Shown here: positions 25,423 to 33,724 of the stretch, one piece after another | How positions within the stretch are numbered: the stretch's first letter is position 1 | Layout: each line of letters starts with the position of its first letter | Source: a virus | Taxonomy: Duplodnaviria; Caudoviricetes | Reading direction: 5' to 3' (one strand) | DNA length: 57,071 nt | IMG/VR virus record: IMGVR_UViG_3300021959_007110 | Coordinates: 1-57,071 of that record | Position numbers and translations under genes: made by a program | Notes under the pieces: generated by a model | What the model was told of the DNA's origin: nothing | Databases searched by the model: none | The model's input: the letters and a program-made list of their open reading frames with translations, nothing else

Positions 25423-25841
25423 TGTACAATTTTAAAAGTTTCTCTTACTTTTTCAGGGCGTTTACGGATAAGTTTTTGTTCCTGAAGACTGCTCATGACT
25501 TCTGAAAATAATTCTAAGCTTTGGTCGCCGGAAGGTACGTACTGGTTATTAACAGCACTTTTGATAATTAGTTTTTGATGAAGAATATTAAGGGCAGTGA
25601 CTAGATTAGCTGAACCAATGATGCGAGAACCTGTAAAGTCTCCTTCAGTGCGAGATCTTACAAGTTCCCAAGTATCGTTTTCCCAGATTTCTCCAGAATC
25701 ATCGTCAAACACTTCAATCGGCATGCCTTGGATAATTTTCCAGACTAATCCTGAAGCTTCAGATAGCTGCATAGGCTTGCTCCCTACGGTCGCAGATTCG
25801 AGACACACGCTTTGCGTGGACTTATGAGGCGACCCAATCAT
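25419..25841 (-). CDS. hypothetical protein
   Basis: ORF track; ATGA coupling to the downstream gene. Confidence 0.7.
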   Translation of the reverse strand: MIGSPHKSTQSVCLESATVGSKPMQLSEASGLVWKIIQGMPIEVFDDDSGEIWENDTWELVRSRTEGDFTGSRIIGSANLVTALNILHQKLIIKSAVNNQYVPSGDQSLELFSEVMSSLQEQKLIRKRPEKVRETFKIVQ

Positions 25842-26193
25842 CGCGATGTGGTTGTTGATAGAACCAAGCTAGTGCAACTCCTACACCACGGCAGACGCTC
25901 TGCGAGCGTAGCGCTAAAACAAACTCACGTTTGAACTGTAGCCAAGGATTGCGACAGTCTTTAACCGGCTGGAGTTGAGCTATATCACGCTGGTTCCAAT
26001 GCTGACAACGCTGTGCATACGCTGCCTCAACGTTAAGTGAACGTGTAGACTCATCGAGTCTTTTTTCTAACAGAGTGAACAGCTCTTGAAAAGCTTCGCT
26101 TTTCTCGCTATCACTTAGCTGTGAGATGCTAATGCGACGTGCGTTTCTAACTAAATCACGATATGCGTTCTTCGACACAAGCTTAAAATACAT
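25822..26193 (-). CDS. hypothetical (early-type) protein
   Basis: ORF track; AAAGG RBS and TTGCAC-N17-TATTAA promoter upstream. Confidence 0.7.
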   Translation of the reverse strand: MYFKLVSKNAYRDLVRNARRISISQLSDSEKSEAFQELFTLLEKRLDESTRSLNVEAAYAQRCQHWNQRDIAQLQPVKDCRNPWLQFKREFVLALRSQSVCRGVGVALAWFYQQPHRDDWVAS

Positions 26194-26256
26194 TTTTTAT
26201 ACCTTTATTAATAGCATGGTTTATGGGTAAGTGCAATTCAAAAAATATTATAATAA

Positions 26257-26571
26257 CTACTCATCATAAAGCGGTTCTAACATCTTAGGCGGTAGCGAAA
26301 ATTTTCCTTTGCTCCAGAACTCTTTCTGAGAATAATAGTAGTTTGAAGTAATTGATCGCCAGTAAGCATTAATACGATGCACTGCACGATTATATTGATC
26401 ATGAAATGGCGCGGTATAGATGTCTAACCGATTATGGGCTTGCTCCATCCATTCATGAGCCAGCCACGGATTCCAACGAGCTACATTTTCCGCTTCATGG
26501 ATAGTACGTCTCACTGACCAGTCTGCATAGCCTACATCAGTTCCAAAGGGTACGGGTTTAGCGCGTGCCAT
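26257..26571 (-). CDS. hypothetical (early-type) protein
   Basis: ORF track; AGGAG RBS. Confidence 0.7.
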   Translation of the reverse strand: MARAKPVPFGTDVGYADWSVRRTIHEAENVARWNPWLAHEWMEQAHNRLDIYTAPFHDQYNRAVHRINAYWRSITSNYYYSQKEFWSKGKFSLPPKMLEPLYDE

Positions 26572-26749
26572 ATTTAACAGTCTCCTGTACGTTATTTAAA
26601 TGGTTATAGTGGTCAACAATGTCTACAACAAATCGAGCTGCAAAGAACTCGCCATGAGTATTAAATAGATCTGTATACTCTTGCATAATGTCGGGGGCAT
26701 GTTGATTAAGAAAAGTTTTAGCTTCTGAGAGGGTTGGTCTTTTGTGCAT
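26558..26749 (-). CDS. hypothetical (early-type) protein
   Basis: ORF track; AAGGGA RBS. First gene after the divergent promoter. Confidence 0.7.
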   Translation of the reverse strand: MHKRPTLSEAKTFLNQHAPDIMQEYTDLFNTHGEFFAARFVVDIVDHYNHLNNVQETVKYGTR

Positions 26750-26769
26750 AGTAGTCCCTTTTTATTGTT

Positions 26770-26870
26770 ATAATGTATTTTATATAAAATTTTGCCAAAT
26801 AGCAAGGCAAAGATTAGGTTAAAACGTGAAAGTTGTTGACTTGACATAAAATTATTGATACAGTATTGCT
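26770..26870. promoter_or_regulatory. divergent sigma70-like promoters at the strand switch
   Basis: Minus strand: TTGCTA-N17-TAAAAT. Plus strand: tandem TTGACT/TTGACA followed by TGaTACAGT. Confidence 0.6.
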
Positions 26871-27059
26871 ATGTATGTAACTGAAAAAACACTCAAGATG
26901 GAAATGAGAGAAATGCAATCTACTATTAACGAGGTTGCTAACGATCTTGGAGGAGATATTCGCTATCTTCACCAAGAAATTACTGACCTTCGCAATGAAC
27001 TATCTATGCTAAGAATTGATGTAGATGAATTAAAGGAAAAATTGAATGCCAACATATAA
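26871..27059 (+). CDS. small coiled-coil protein
   Basis: Heptad pattern. No obvious RBS, possibly leaderless. Confidence 0.65.
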   Translation: MYVTEKTLKMEMREMQSTINEVANDLGGDIRYLHQEITDLRNELSMLRIDVDELKEKLNANI

Positions 27060-27330
27060 AATAGTGTTATTTGCAGATGATTCTCAACCAACACAAGTAC
27101 AATACATGAAAAATCAGAAAAAAGCAATAGAAGATGCAATTCCTGACCTTGTAGTTGAGGAAGCTAATCAAAATGATGCTAGACTTAAGAGACACTCTAA
27201 ACAGGCCCGTGCAAATCGTCTACCTGCTATACTAGTGCTAAAAGATGATTTTAAAGTGCAGATAAAAAATTTCAAACTAGATAATTCTCAAGTTATCGCT
27301 TGGATCAAAGGAATTATGGGAATCTCCTAA
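27046..27330 (+). CDS. thioredoxin-fold-like protein without CxxC
   Basis: RLPAILVLKD cis-Pro-like motif; size and beta/alpha pattern fit the fold. Confidence 0.5.
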   Translation: MPTYKIVLFADDSQPTQVQYMKNQKKAIEDAIPDLVVEEANQNDARLKRHSKQARANRLPAILVLKDDFKVQIKNFKLDNSQVIAWIKGIMGIS

Positions 27331-28422
27331 ATGCCCAAGGCTGTTGCCTTCATACCTCATAAACGAAGAATAGAACGTCATCGAGTAGACTATCTTCGTG
27401 CTATCTCAGATAATATGGATGATCCTTATCAAACAGAAGATGGTAGAGAGATGCGAGGAGTACAGCTTGCTCTTGCAAATAAGTGTACTGAACTAAGCGA
27501 TGTTACTCACTGGCAATTTACAGACTGTTGTACAGATGCTCTTCAAATTTCAATTGCCGCTCTCACAAAACCTAATGACACAGTAATCGTTCCATCTTAT
27601 GGTTGGCGAGCATTTGCTAATGCAGTGGTATTTATGAATCGTCGTATTCGTTTCTGTGATATAGATGCCACAGGTAATATAGATTTAAACCAACTTGAAA
27701 CCTTAATTAAAACAACACAAGCTGCTGCAGTGGTCATAGTTCATAACTTTGGGACAGTTGCACGAGTAGATCAGATAGTTAAAGTTTGTGAAACCTACGG
27801 AACTCACATCATTGAAGACGCAGCTCCAGCATTTTATATGGGAGAGCCGTACTCATATGTTCCCGGCTCTATGAGTTCTACCGCGTGTTTTTCTTTTGAT
27901 TTTACAAAGTATCCAGGAACGCTCGGATCTGGTGGGGCTATCTGTACTAACTCTGATGAAATTGCTAATCGAATCTATGAAATATCAGCACACGGCAGAG
28001 GAAAAGATAAGGAAATACATTGTGTAGGTACAAAATCATACATGGACATGACATCATGCGCAGTTCTTCTAAAAGAAATAGAATTGTTTGAGCAAAACCA
28101 GTATAGAGAGCGTCGAAGACAGATTGCTACTTGGTATAAAGACAATCTTCCCTATGGAAATATACCTGGAGAAAATTATGTTTGGGAGAGATATACAATG
28201 AGTGTACCTTCCTTTGAAGTAGATGAGGTGATTCAAAAACTTAACTCTGTAAAGTGTCTTGCTAGAACATTTTTTAAAGAACCTCTTCATTTGCTACCGT
28301 GGCTTAATCCTGAAAAGGATGATTGTCCAAAAACAGTGGAGTTTTGCTCTTCTACTGTTCATCTACCTTCTCATCATTATTTAACTGATGAGGAACTTGA
28401 AAGAATAAAGTCTGTGCTATGA
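27331..28422 (+). CDS. DegT/DnrJ/EryC1/StrS PLP-dependent aminotransferase
   Basis: CTDALQI, IIEDAA and CFSFDFTK..G..GSGG. Confidence 0.92.
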   Translation: MPKAVAFIPHKRRIERHRVDYLRAISDNMDDPYQTEDGREMRGVQLALANKCTELSDVTHWQFTDCCTDALQISIAALTKPNDTVIVPSYGWRAFANAVVFMNRRIRFCDIDATGNIDLNQLETLIKTTQAAAVVIVHNFGTVARVDQIVKVCETYGTHIIEDAAPAFYMGEPYSYVPGSMSSTACFSFDFTKYPGTLGSGGAICTNSDEIANRIYEISAHGRGKDKEIHCVGTKSYMDMTSCAVLLKEIELFEQNQYRERRRQIATWYKDNLPYGNIPGENYVWERYTMSVPSFEVDEVIQKLNSVKCLARTFFKEPLHLLPWLNPEKDDCPKTVEFCSSTVHLPSHHYLTDEELERIKSVL

Positions 28423-29354
28423 AGATACTAATAACAGGAGGGATGGGTTTTATAGGAGCACATCTAGTAGCAGAATTAGGACGGACTCATGACGTAGATA
28501 TACTTGACGGATTTACCGATGAGTATGTAGGCTATAAATATATTCATCGAGGTACAAAAGGTTTACAAGAAACTAATGAGATTGAGAAACGTCATAGAAA
28601 ACTCAATCTAAAGTATAGAATTGATTTAGTAAAAGGTAAATTCAATCAATACTATAAAAAATGGAGTTTTGAAGATATTCCAAGAGCAAACTATGATTTA
28701 GTACTTAACTTTGGAGCTTTGTCAGAAGCTATCCTATCACAACATTTTCCAAAATTTACTTCAGATTCTATAGTACAAGGATTAAGTTTAATTAAATTGT
28801 ACCTTCCTAAAACACCTGTTCTACATATAAGTAGTAGCATGGTTTACGGCACTTGGGAAGGAGTAATTGACGAGCAGTACTCTTTAGGAGCTGTGGACCA
28901 TTACGGGGACAGTAAAATAAAGGCAGAAACTATCTGCGGAGAGAATGATGTAATTTTGCGACCCATACATGTTTATGGTATGGGAGATGGTAAATTTTCA
29001 ATCTGGATGAATATAGAAAGACAGATTGCAGCTGCAAAACCTGTTATGGTTGAGAGAGCTGGTTGTATCTACATAGACGATTTCGTTTTAGCAATCAAAA
29101 ATATTTTAGACAGCTGGTGTCCTGGCATTTATAATATTTCATACGCATTTACGAGAAACGCGGAAGCACTGGCTAATATATATCCAGAGCCCTTTGATGT
29201 TCAGTATAAATCAGGACCAACGGGTAAACCAAGAGGGCTGCTAGATAATAGCAAACTAATAAATACATTTGATGTAAACTTTAAATTTACAAATTATGAT
29301 GATACAGTGAGAGACTACTATAGAAAATATGAAAATTTTTGTAAGAAACAATGA
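28419..29354 (+). CDS. NAD-dependent epimerase/dehydratase
   Basis: ITGGMGFIG, SSSMVYG and YGDSK. Confidence 0.9.
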   Translation: MKILITGGMGFIGAHLVAELGRTHDVDILDGFTDEYVGYKYIHRGTKGLQETNEIEKRHRKLNLKYRIDLVKGKFNQYYKKWSFEDIPRANYDLVLNFGALSEAILSQHFPKFTSDSIVQGLSLIKLYLPKTPVLHISSSMVYGTWEGVIDEQYSLGAVDHYGDSKIKAETICGENDVILRPIHVYGMGDGKFSIWMNIERQIAAAKPVMVERAGCIYIDDFVLAIKNILDSWCPGIYNISYAFTRNAEALANIYPEPFDVQYKSGPTGKPRGLLDNSKLINTFDVNFKFTNYDDTVRDYYRKYENFCKKQ

Positions 29355-29646
29355 TGTTGGAAAAGCGCTTCGCATCTTAAAGAAAAAACTACATAATGAA
29401 GGTGTTATGAAAGAAGTGCGTGATAGGCGACATTTCATTTCTAGAGGTGAAAAATCAAGGTTAGCGGCTAAAGCAGGAGCAAAACGTTGGCAGAAGAAGA
29501 GACAAGATCTAGAAAAACAGTTCATTCGCGAAGAGCGAAATATGCTGCGAAATAGCAGGAAAAATAAACGCAATGTTCAAAGACCTAACAAAGGTTCAAA
29601 TCAACAGCGAACGCAACGTTACTCTGGCAATCAGAATAAACGATAA
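29329..29646 (+). CDS. rpsU: ribosomal protein bS21 with a C-terminal extension
   Basis: MKIFVRNNDVGKALRILKKKL..EGVMKEVRDRRHF....EK.R. Confidence 0.9.
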   Translation: MKIFVRNNDVGKALRILKKKLHNEGVMKEVRDRRHFISRGEKSRLAAKAGAKRWQKKRQDLEKQFIREERNMLRNSRKNKRNVQRPNKGSNQQRTQRYSGNQNKR

Positions 29647-29878
29647 TCATGTTCATAATTTAGTTTTTACTATTCAAACTTTTACCCATTTAATGAGAAA
29701 AGATATAAATAGTTGGTATGGCCCCATACATTCAAGAAATTGGTATCTACAAAAGTTTTCAGATCGTGTTAAACTATTCTCAGAATCTTATGAGTACATC
29801 TATAGATTTACACTAGAAGAGTGGAATACAGTAGTACAACAATATATAGCAGCTTTGCGTAAAAACAATCTTGCATAG
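29573..29878 (+). CDS. hypothetical protein
   Basis: ORF track; AGGA RBS; overlaps the 3' end of rpsU. Confidence 0.6.
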   Translation: MFKDLTKVQINSERNVTLAIRINDNHVHNLVFTIQTFTHLMRKDINSWYGPIHSRNWYLQKFSDRVKLFSESYEYIYRFTLEEWNTVVQQYIAALRKNNLA

Positions 29879-29900
29879 TCCTAAGTAGTTTTATTATAAT
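29871..29900 (+). promoter_or_regulatory. sigma70-like promoter
   Basis: TTGCAT-N18-TATAAT, followed by a TAAGGAGG RBS. Confidence 0.65.
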
Positions 29901-29923
29901 ACTTTATAAATAAGGAGGATTAT

Positions 29924-30172
29924 ATGAAAGCTTACAAAGGCACATTTAAAAAGAAAAATGGTGAGTCTCGTGATATGGTTTTTGCAAGACTATATGATTT
30001 ACCAGAGAAGTTCCTTGATGAAAAAGTACAAGGAGCAGGTTCTGAGCAAAAATATCCAGAAGGTATGGAACTCGTTTGGGATCTAGAAGCAGATAATTTT
30101 AGAATTTTTAATTGGAAATCTGTAGATAACGACCCGAAAGAATTTGATATTGACGAAACTCTTTTTAGATAA
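29924..30172 (+). CDS. Sm/SH3-like beta-barrel phage protein (WYL_2/DUF2693-like)
   Basis: TFKKKNGE.RDM...VWDLE...FR.FN. Confidence 0.7.
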   Translation: MKAYKGTFKKKNGESRDMVFARLYDLPEKFLDEKVQGAGSEQKYPEGMELVWDLEADNFRIFNWKSVDNDPKEFDIDETLFR

Positions 30173-30461
30173 TGAACCTTTTATTCTTGTAGAAACAGAA
30201 ATTATAAATTTTGAAGAACTTAAAGCAGGTAATATTAATTTAATGTACTACATTATTGAAATACATAATACAGAAAATGATGAAATAGGAGTAGTGACAG
30301 AAGAGATTGATGGTGAACAGACTATCAAAAAATTTGATACCTGGTCTAAAGCAAAGGCTATGTCTGGAACACTAAATAGAGATACCCCTGAAAATCTCTC
30401 TACTCACATAGTAACCATTAATGAAACTGCTACAAAAGATAAAGAAGTGGATAACGATTGA
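30144..30461 (+). CDS. hypothetical protein
   Basis: ORF track; true start uncertain (possibly MYYIIE at 30243). Confidence 0.55.
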   Translation: MILTKLFLDNEPFILVETEIINFEELKAGNINLMYYIIEIHNTENDEIGVVTEEIDGEQTIKKFDTWSKAKAMSGTLNRDTPENLSTHIVTINETATKDKEVDND

Positions 30462-30807
30462 CCATTGTGTTGATCTTGTCGTTGATATATTATTAATTAT
30501 ATGGGAAGTTATCAGTAGTCCAATACTTATAGCTATGCGTCTTATAAGACACTTTGTAGGTGAGTGGTTTACTGAAAAAATTAAAGCATGTGTGCGTTGG
30601 ATAGTACATTGGTTTGCTCATAAACGTGCAGTTAGACTTGAAAAGGGACATGGAATATTCCGTACCTATTGGTACCTAATACTGCCGAGTCCTTTTATTA
30701 TTATCGCAATTTGGATGATTACAATGGTCAGCATTGGTATAGGGCAAGGTTATAATGAACTTAAAACAACTAAACCAGACAGCACATTGTTACAAATTTT
30801 TGAATAG
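30421..30807 (+). CDS. membrane protein
   Basis: Two hydrophobic segments. Confidence 0.65.
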   Translation: MKLLQKIKKWITIDHCVDLVVDILLIIWEVISSPILIAMRLIRHFVGEWFTEKIKACVRWIVHWFAHKRAVRLEKGHGIFRTYWYLILPSPFIIIAIWMITMVSIGIGQGYNELKTTKPDSTLLQIFE

Positions 30808-30811
30808 AACT

Positions 30812-31162
30812 AGTGCTTCGTTTGAGGAGTAGTAAAATAGACGGGCTGGACTCGGGGGCAGTACCCGACGCCTCCACCATAAACACTTGGAGTAGAAAAT
30901 GGATGAAGTAGTAACTTATTTGCTATTGAGATTTGTACAATATGGATTAATAGCATTGTCAATTGGATCATTGCTTGAAGTGTTTATGATGGGGGCGAAC
31001 TAGGATCGACAGACGTAATAAAAACAATGCCGAGAAGCAGGTGCGCAAGCGACCTCAACCGCAAGAAAACAAACAATTGCAAATGATAATTTCGCAATCG
31101 AGGATTACCGCATAGCGGCATAATCTCACGGGGTATGGTTCCACCTAGCAACAGAAAGGGCC
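30812..31162 (+). ncRNA. ssrA: circularly permuted two-piece tmRNA, alphaproteobacterial type
   Basis: The acceptor piece ends TCGGG-GGCAGTA-CCCGA-CGCCTCC-A-CCA (30879). The coding piece starts GGGGGCGAACTAGGATCGAC (30991). The acceptor stem has G3.U70. Tag frame 31079-31123 reads ANDNFAIEDYRIAA*. Outer ends are approximate. Confidence 0.95.
30899..31003 (+). CDS. putative 34-aa single-TM peptide in the tmRNA intervening segment
   Basis: GGAG-tagaaa-ATG; translation MDEVVTYLLLRFVQYGLIALSIGSLLEVFMMGAN*. Confidence 0.45.
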   Translation: MDEVVTYLLLRFVQYGLIALSIGSLLEVFMMGAN

Positions 31163-31185
31163 TTTACAACTCTTATGAGGTTTTA

Positions 31186-32328
31186 ATGTTTAATTTTAAT
31201 ACAACTCCCCGTCTCGTAATCGGCGAAAACAGATTACAGTTCTTAGGCAGAATCCTGTCTGACCTCAATGTTAGAAATCCCTTAATCGTAACTGGACCAA
31301 ACTTAGTAAAAACAGATATTGTTATTGAAGCACAGAAATGGTCTTGGGCAGAACACGTATTTTACGATTTAGTACAAGACCCAACTACTCAAAATGTATT
31401 AGATTGTGTTGAGTATGGAGTAAGTAAAGAGGTAGATGGCGTTATAGGTATCGGAGGTGGATCATCTCTTGACGTAGCAAAAGTTGCTGCTGTTCTCTTA
31501 AAACAAGAAACCTCACTTGATAATATCTGGGGTGTTGACAACATCTATAGTTCAAGATTACCTTTAGTTCTTATACCTACTACAGCTGGTTCAGGATCAG
31601 AGGTAACACCTGTCTCAATTATTACTACAGGTGAGACAACAAAAATGGGAATTGTCTCTCATAAAATCATTCCTGATGCCGCAATTTTAGATCCTCTCCT
31701 TACAGTCTCGTGTGGTCCTCGGCTTACAGCGTATAGCGCAATTGATGCAATGGTTCATGCTATTGAGTCTTTTACTTCCACAAATCTTAATAATAATCCG
31801 TACTCAAAAATGTTAGCGCTCGAAGCATGTCGTTGGTTAGGTAAATCAACAAAAACTGCTATTTTAGAGCCAGAGAATATTGAGGCAAGAGCTAATGTAC
31901 AATATGGCGCAATGTTAGCTGGGCAGGCTTTTGGTAACTCACCAGTCGCAGCTGTACATGCTCTTGCGTACCCTCTTGGTGGACATTTTAAACTACCACA
32001 TGGTTTAACAAATACCTTGGTTCTTCCTGGTGTTTTATCATATAATCAAGAAGTTACAGATTATTCTTCTTTAGCTTTAGCCCTATTCCCTCATGATGCA
32101 GGAGAGATTAACTACTACAAAAGTGATGTTGTTGAAATTATGTGTAGAAATATCAAAGAACTAGCAGAATTAGCTGACATCAATACACAAATGAGTTACT
32201 ACGGAATTACTAGTAAGGATATCCCGGCTCTAGCAAAAGAAGCAATGAAACAAGCAAGGCTTTTGGTTAATAACCCAAGAGAAATTACACAAGAAATAGC
32301 TGAAGATATTTATCAGAAAGTTTTATGA
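31186..32328 (+). CDS. iron-containing alcohol dehydrogenase
   Basis: GIGGGSSLDVAK, IPTTAGSGSEVT, DAMVHAIE and HALAYPLGGHFKLPHG. GAGG RBS before MFNFN. Confidence 0.93.
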   Translation: MFNFNTTPRLVIGENRLQFLGRILSDLNVRNPLIVTGPNLVKTDIVIEAQKWSWAEHVFYDLVQDPTTQNVLDCVEYGVSKEVDGVIGIGGGSSLDVAKVAAVLLKQETSLDNIWGVDNIYSSRLPLVLIPTTAGSGSEVTPVSIITTGETTKMGIVSHKIIPDAAILDPLLTVSCGPRLTAYSAIDAMVHAIESFTSTNLNNNPYSKMLALEACRWLGKSTKTAILEPENIEARANVQYGAMLAGQAFGNSPVAAVHALAYPLGGHFKLPHGLTNTLVLPGVLSYNQEVTDYSSLALALFPHDAGEINYYKSDVVEIMCRNIKELAELADINTQMSYYGITSKDIPALAKEAMKQARLLVNNPREITQEIAEDIYQKVL

Positions 32329-32957
32329 TGTATAAAACATATATACTAGGTAATGGTGGTTATGCCCAAGAATGCTTTGAGCAATTTGTACTAGGCAGAG
32401 TTATAGAAGATTTTGGAGGATTTATTATCTTAAAGGAAGGTAAAGCAGTCCTTATTAACGACGAAGGTATTAATAATTTTACTTATCCTAAAGAATCTGC
32501 ATTCGTTCTAGGGACTGGTCACCGTAAGTGGCGTAAAGTATTCTTAGAACATTTATTTGGTTATTATGATCAGAATATTAATCATTTTCCAAACATGGTA
32601 GCTAATGAAGCACACTTATCACAAACTTCTATCCTAGGTATAGGTAATGTGCTTAATTGCTTTGCTATGACAAATGCAAATGCTTCTCTAGGTGATTTTA
32701 ATCTTTTAAATTGCTATGCTTCAGTACATCATGACGTTAAAATGGGAAGTCATAATATTTTTACTACGTATGCTACTATCCTAGGATACTGTAACGTAGG
32801 AGATGATAATTGGTTAGGTAATGCAGTCACTGTTACTTCTAACACTAATATTGGTGACGATAACACTCTCAGTTCTGGAGAACATTTATTTGAAGATATG
32901 AGTACTCGTCAGTTCTTTAAACACGGTATCATCACGGAGAAACCAAAAAAACAATGA
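32325..32957 (+). CDS. sugar O/N-acetyltransferase (PglD/NeuD-like hexapeptide repeat)
   Basis: ILGNGGYA, VHHD and hexapeptide repeats. Confidence 0.85.
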   Translation: MMYKTYILGNGGYAQECFEQFVLGRVIEDFGGFIILKEGKAVLINDEGINNFTYPKESAFVLGTGHRKWRKVFLEHLFGYYDQNINHFPNMVANEAHLSQTSILGIGNVLNCFAMTNANASLGDFNLLNCYASVHHDVKMGSHNIFTTYATILGYCNVGDDNWLGNAVTVTSNTNIGDDNTLSSGEHLFEDMSTRQFFKHGIITEKPKKQ

Positions 32958-33724
32958 TTATTTTCTTTAGAAGTTGTGAAGCAAATTTAAAAGCAGGGTC
33001 TCTTGGTGATGAAGTTACCGGTGACGGTATTCGGTGGGACGGAAAACACAAGTTAGAAATTATTAGAAAGTGTTATATGTCTATTCAGCATAGTCTCGAT
33101 GAACGTGATTTAATTGTAGTAATTGATGATAGAACTACTCCAGAAACACTTGATTGGATGAGAAACAATACCAGCGCCCAGTTTAGGGTACATCCTATAA
33201 CACCGTTACCAGAACTAAGGGCCAAAGATCCTTATCCTAATTATCACCCTGTTATGGCTAACTCCTGTCCAGAACTAATGGAACATCTTGTTGCCGTTGC
33301 AGAATCAAATCCTGATGAAATTATTTATATATGTGAAGATGACTATCTACATCTTTCTCACGCTATACCTGCTCTAAAAGCTTTATTTGACACAGGTTAC
33401 AACGGCTTTTATGCCCCACAAGATTATCCAGATAGGTATACTCTAGATTCTAGCAGAATTTGCGAGGTTCATATGGGACCGTATGGGCATCTTAGATCTA
33501 TCCCTAGCGCGACTTTAACAGTCGCGGCTAAAGGTTCTACGTGGCTACAATATAAGTATGAGCTACTACGGGCGGGAGCTTTTGCAGATGATACTTGGAC
33601 ATGGAAAGCCTTTAAACAAGTTGGGTGCTTATGCCCAATCCCAGGACACTCTACCCATTTACAAGAAGGATGTCTTACTCCTGTTGTAAATTGGAAGTCA
33701 CTTTACGAGTCTGTTAACATATGA
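32954..33724 (+). CDS. glycosyltransferase (GT-A)
   Basis: IYICEDDYLH DxD-like motif and PIPGHSTH. Confidence 0.75.
   Translation: MIIFFRSCEANLKAGSLGDEVTGDGIRWDGKHKLEIIRKCYMSIQHSLDERDLIVVIDDRTTPETLDWMRNNTSAQFRVHPITPLPELRAKDPYPNYHPVMANSCPELMEHLVAVAESNPDEIIYICEDDYLHLSHAIPALKALFDTGYNGFYAPQDYPDRYTLDSSRICEVHMGPYGHLRSIPSATLTVAAKGSTWLQYKYELLRAGAFADDTWTWKAFKQVGCLCPIPGHSTHLQEGCLTPVVNWKSLYESVNI

Noticed and set aside
31135-31185. N-terminal extension of the Fe-ADH ORF
   Set aside because: Overlaps the tmRNA 3' structure; a GAGG RBS supports the ATG at 31186.
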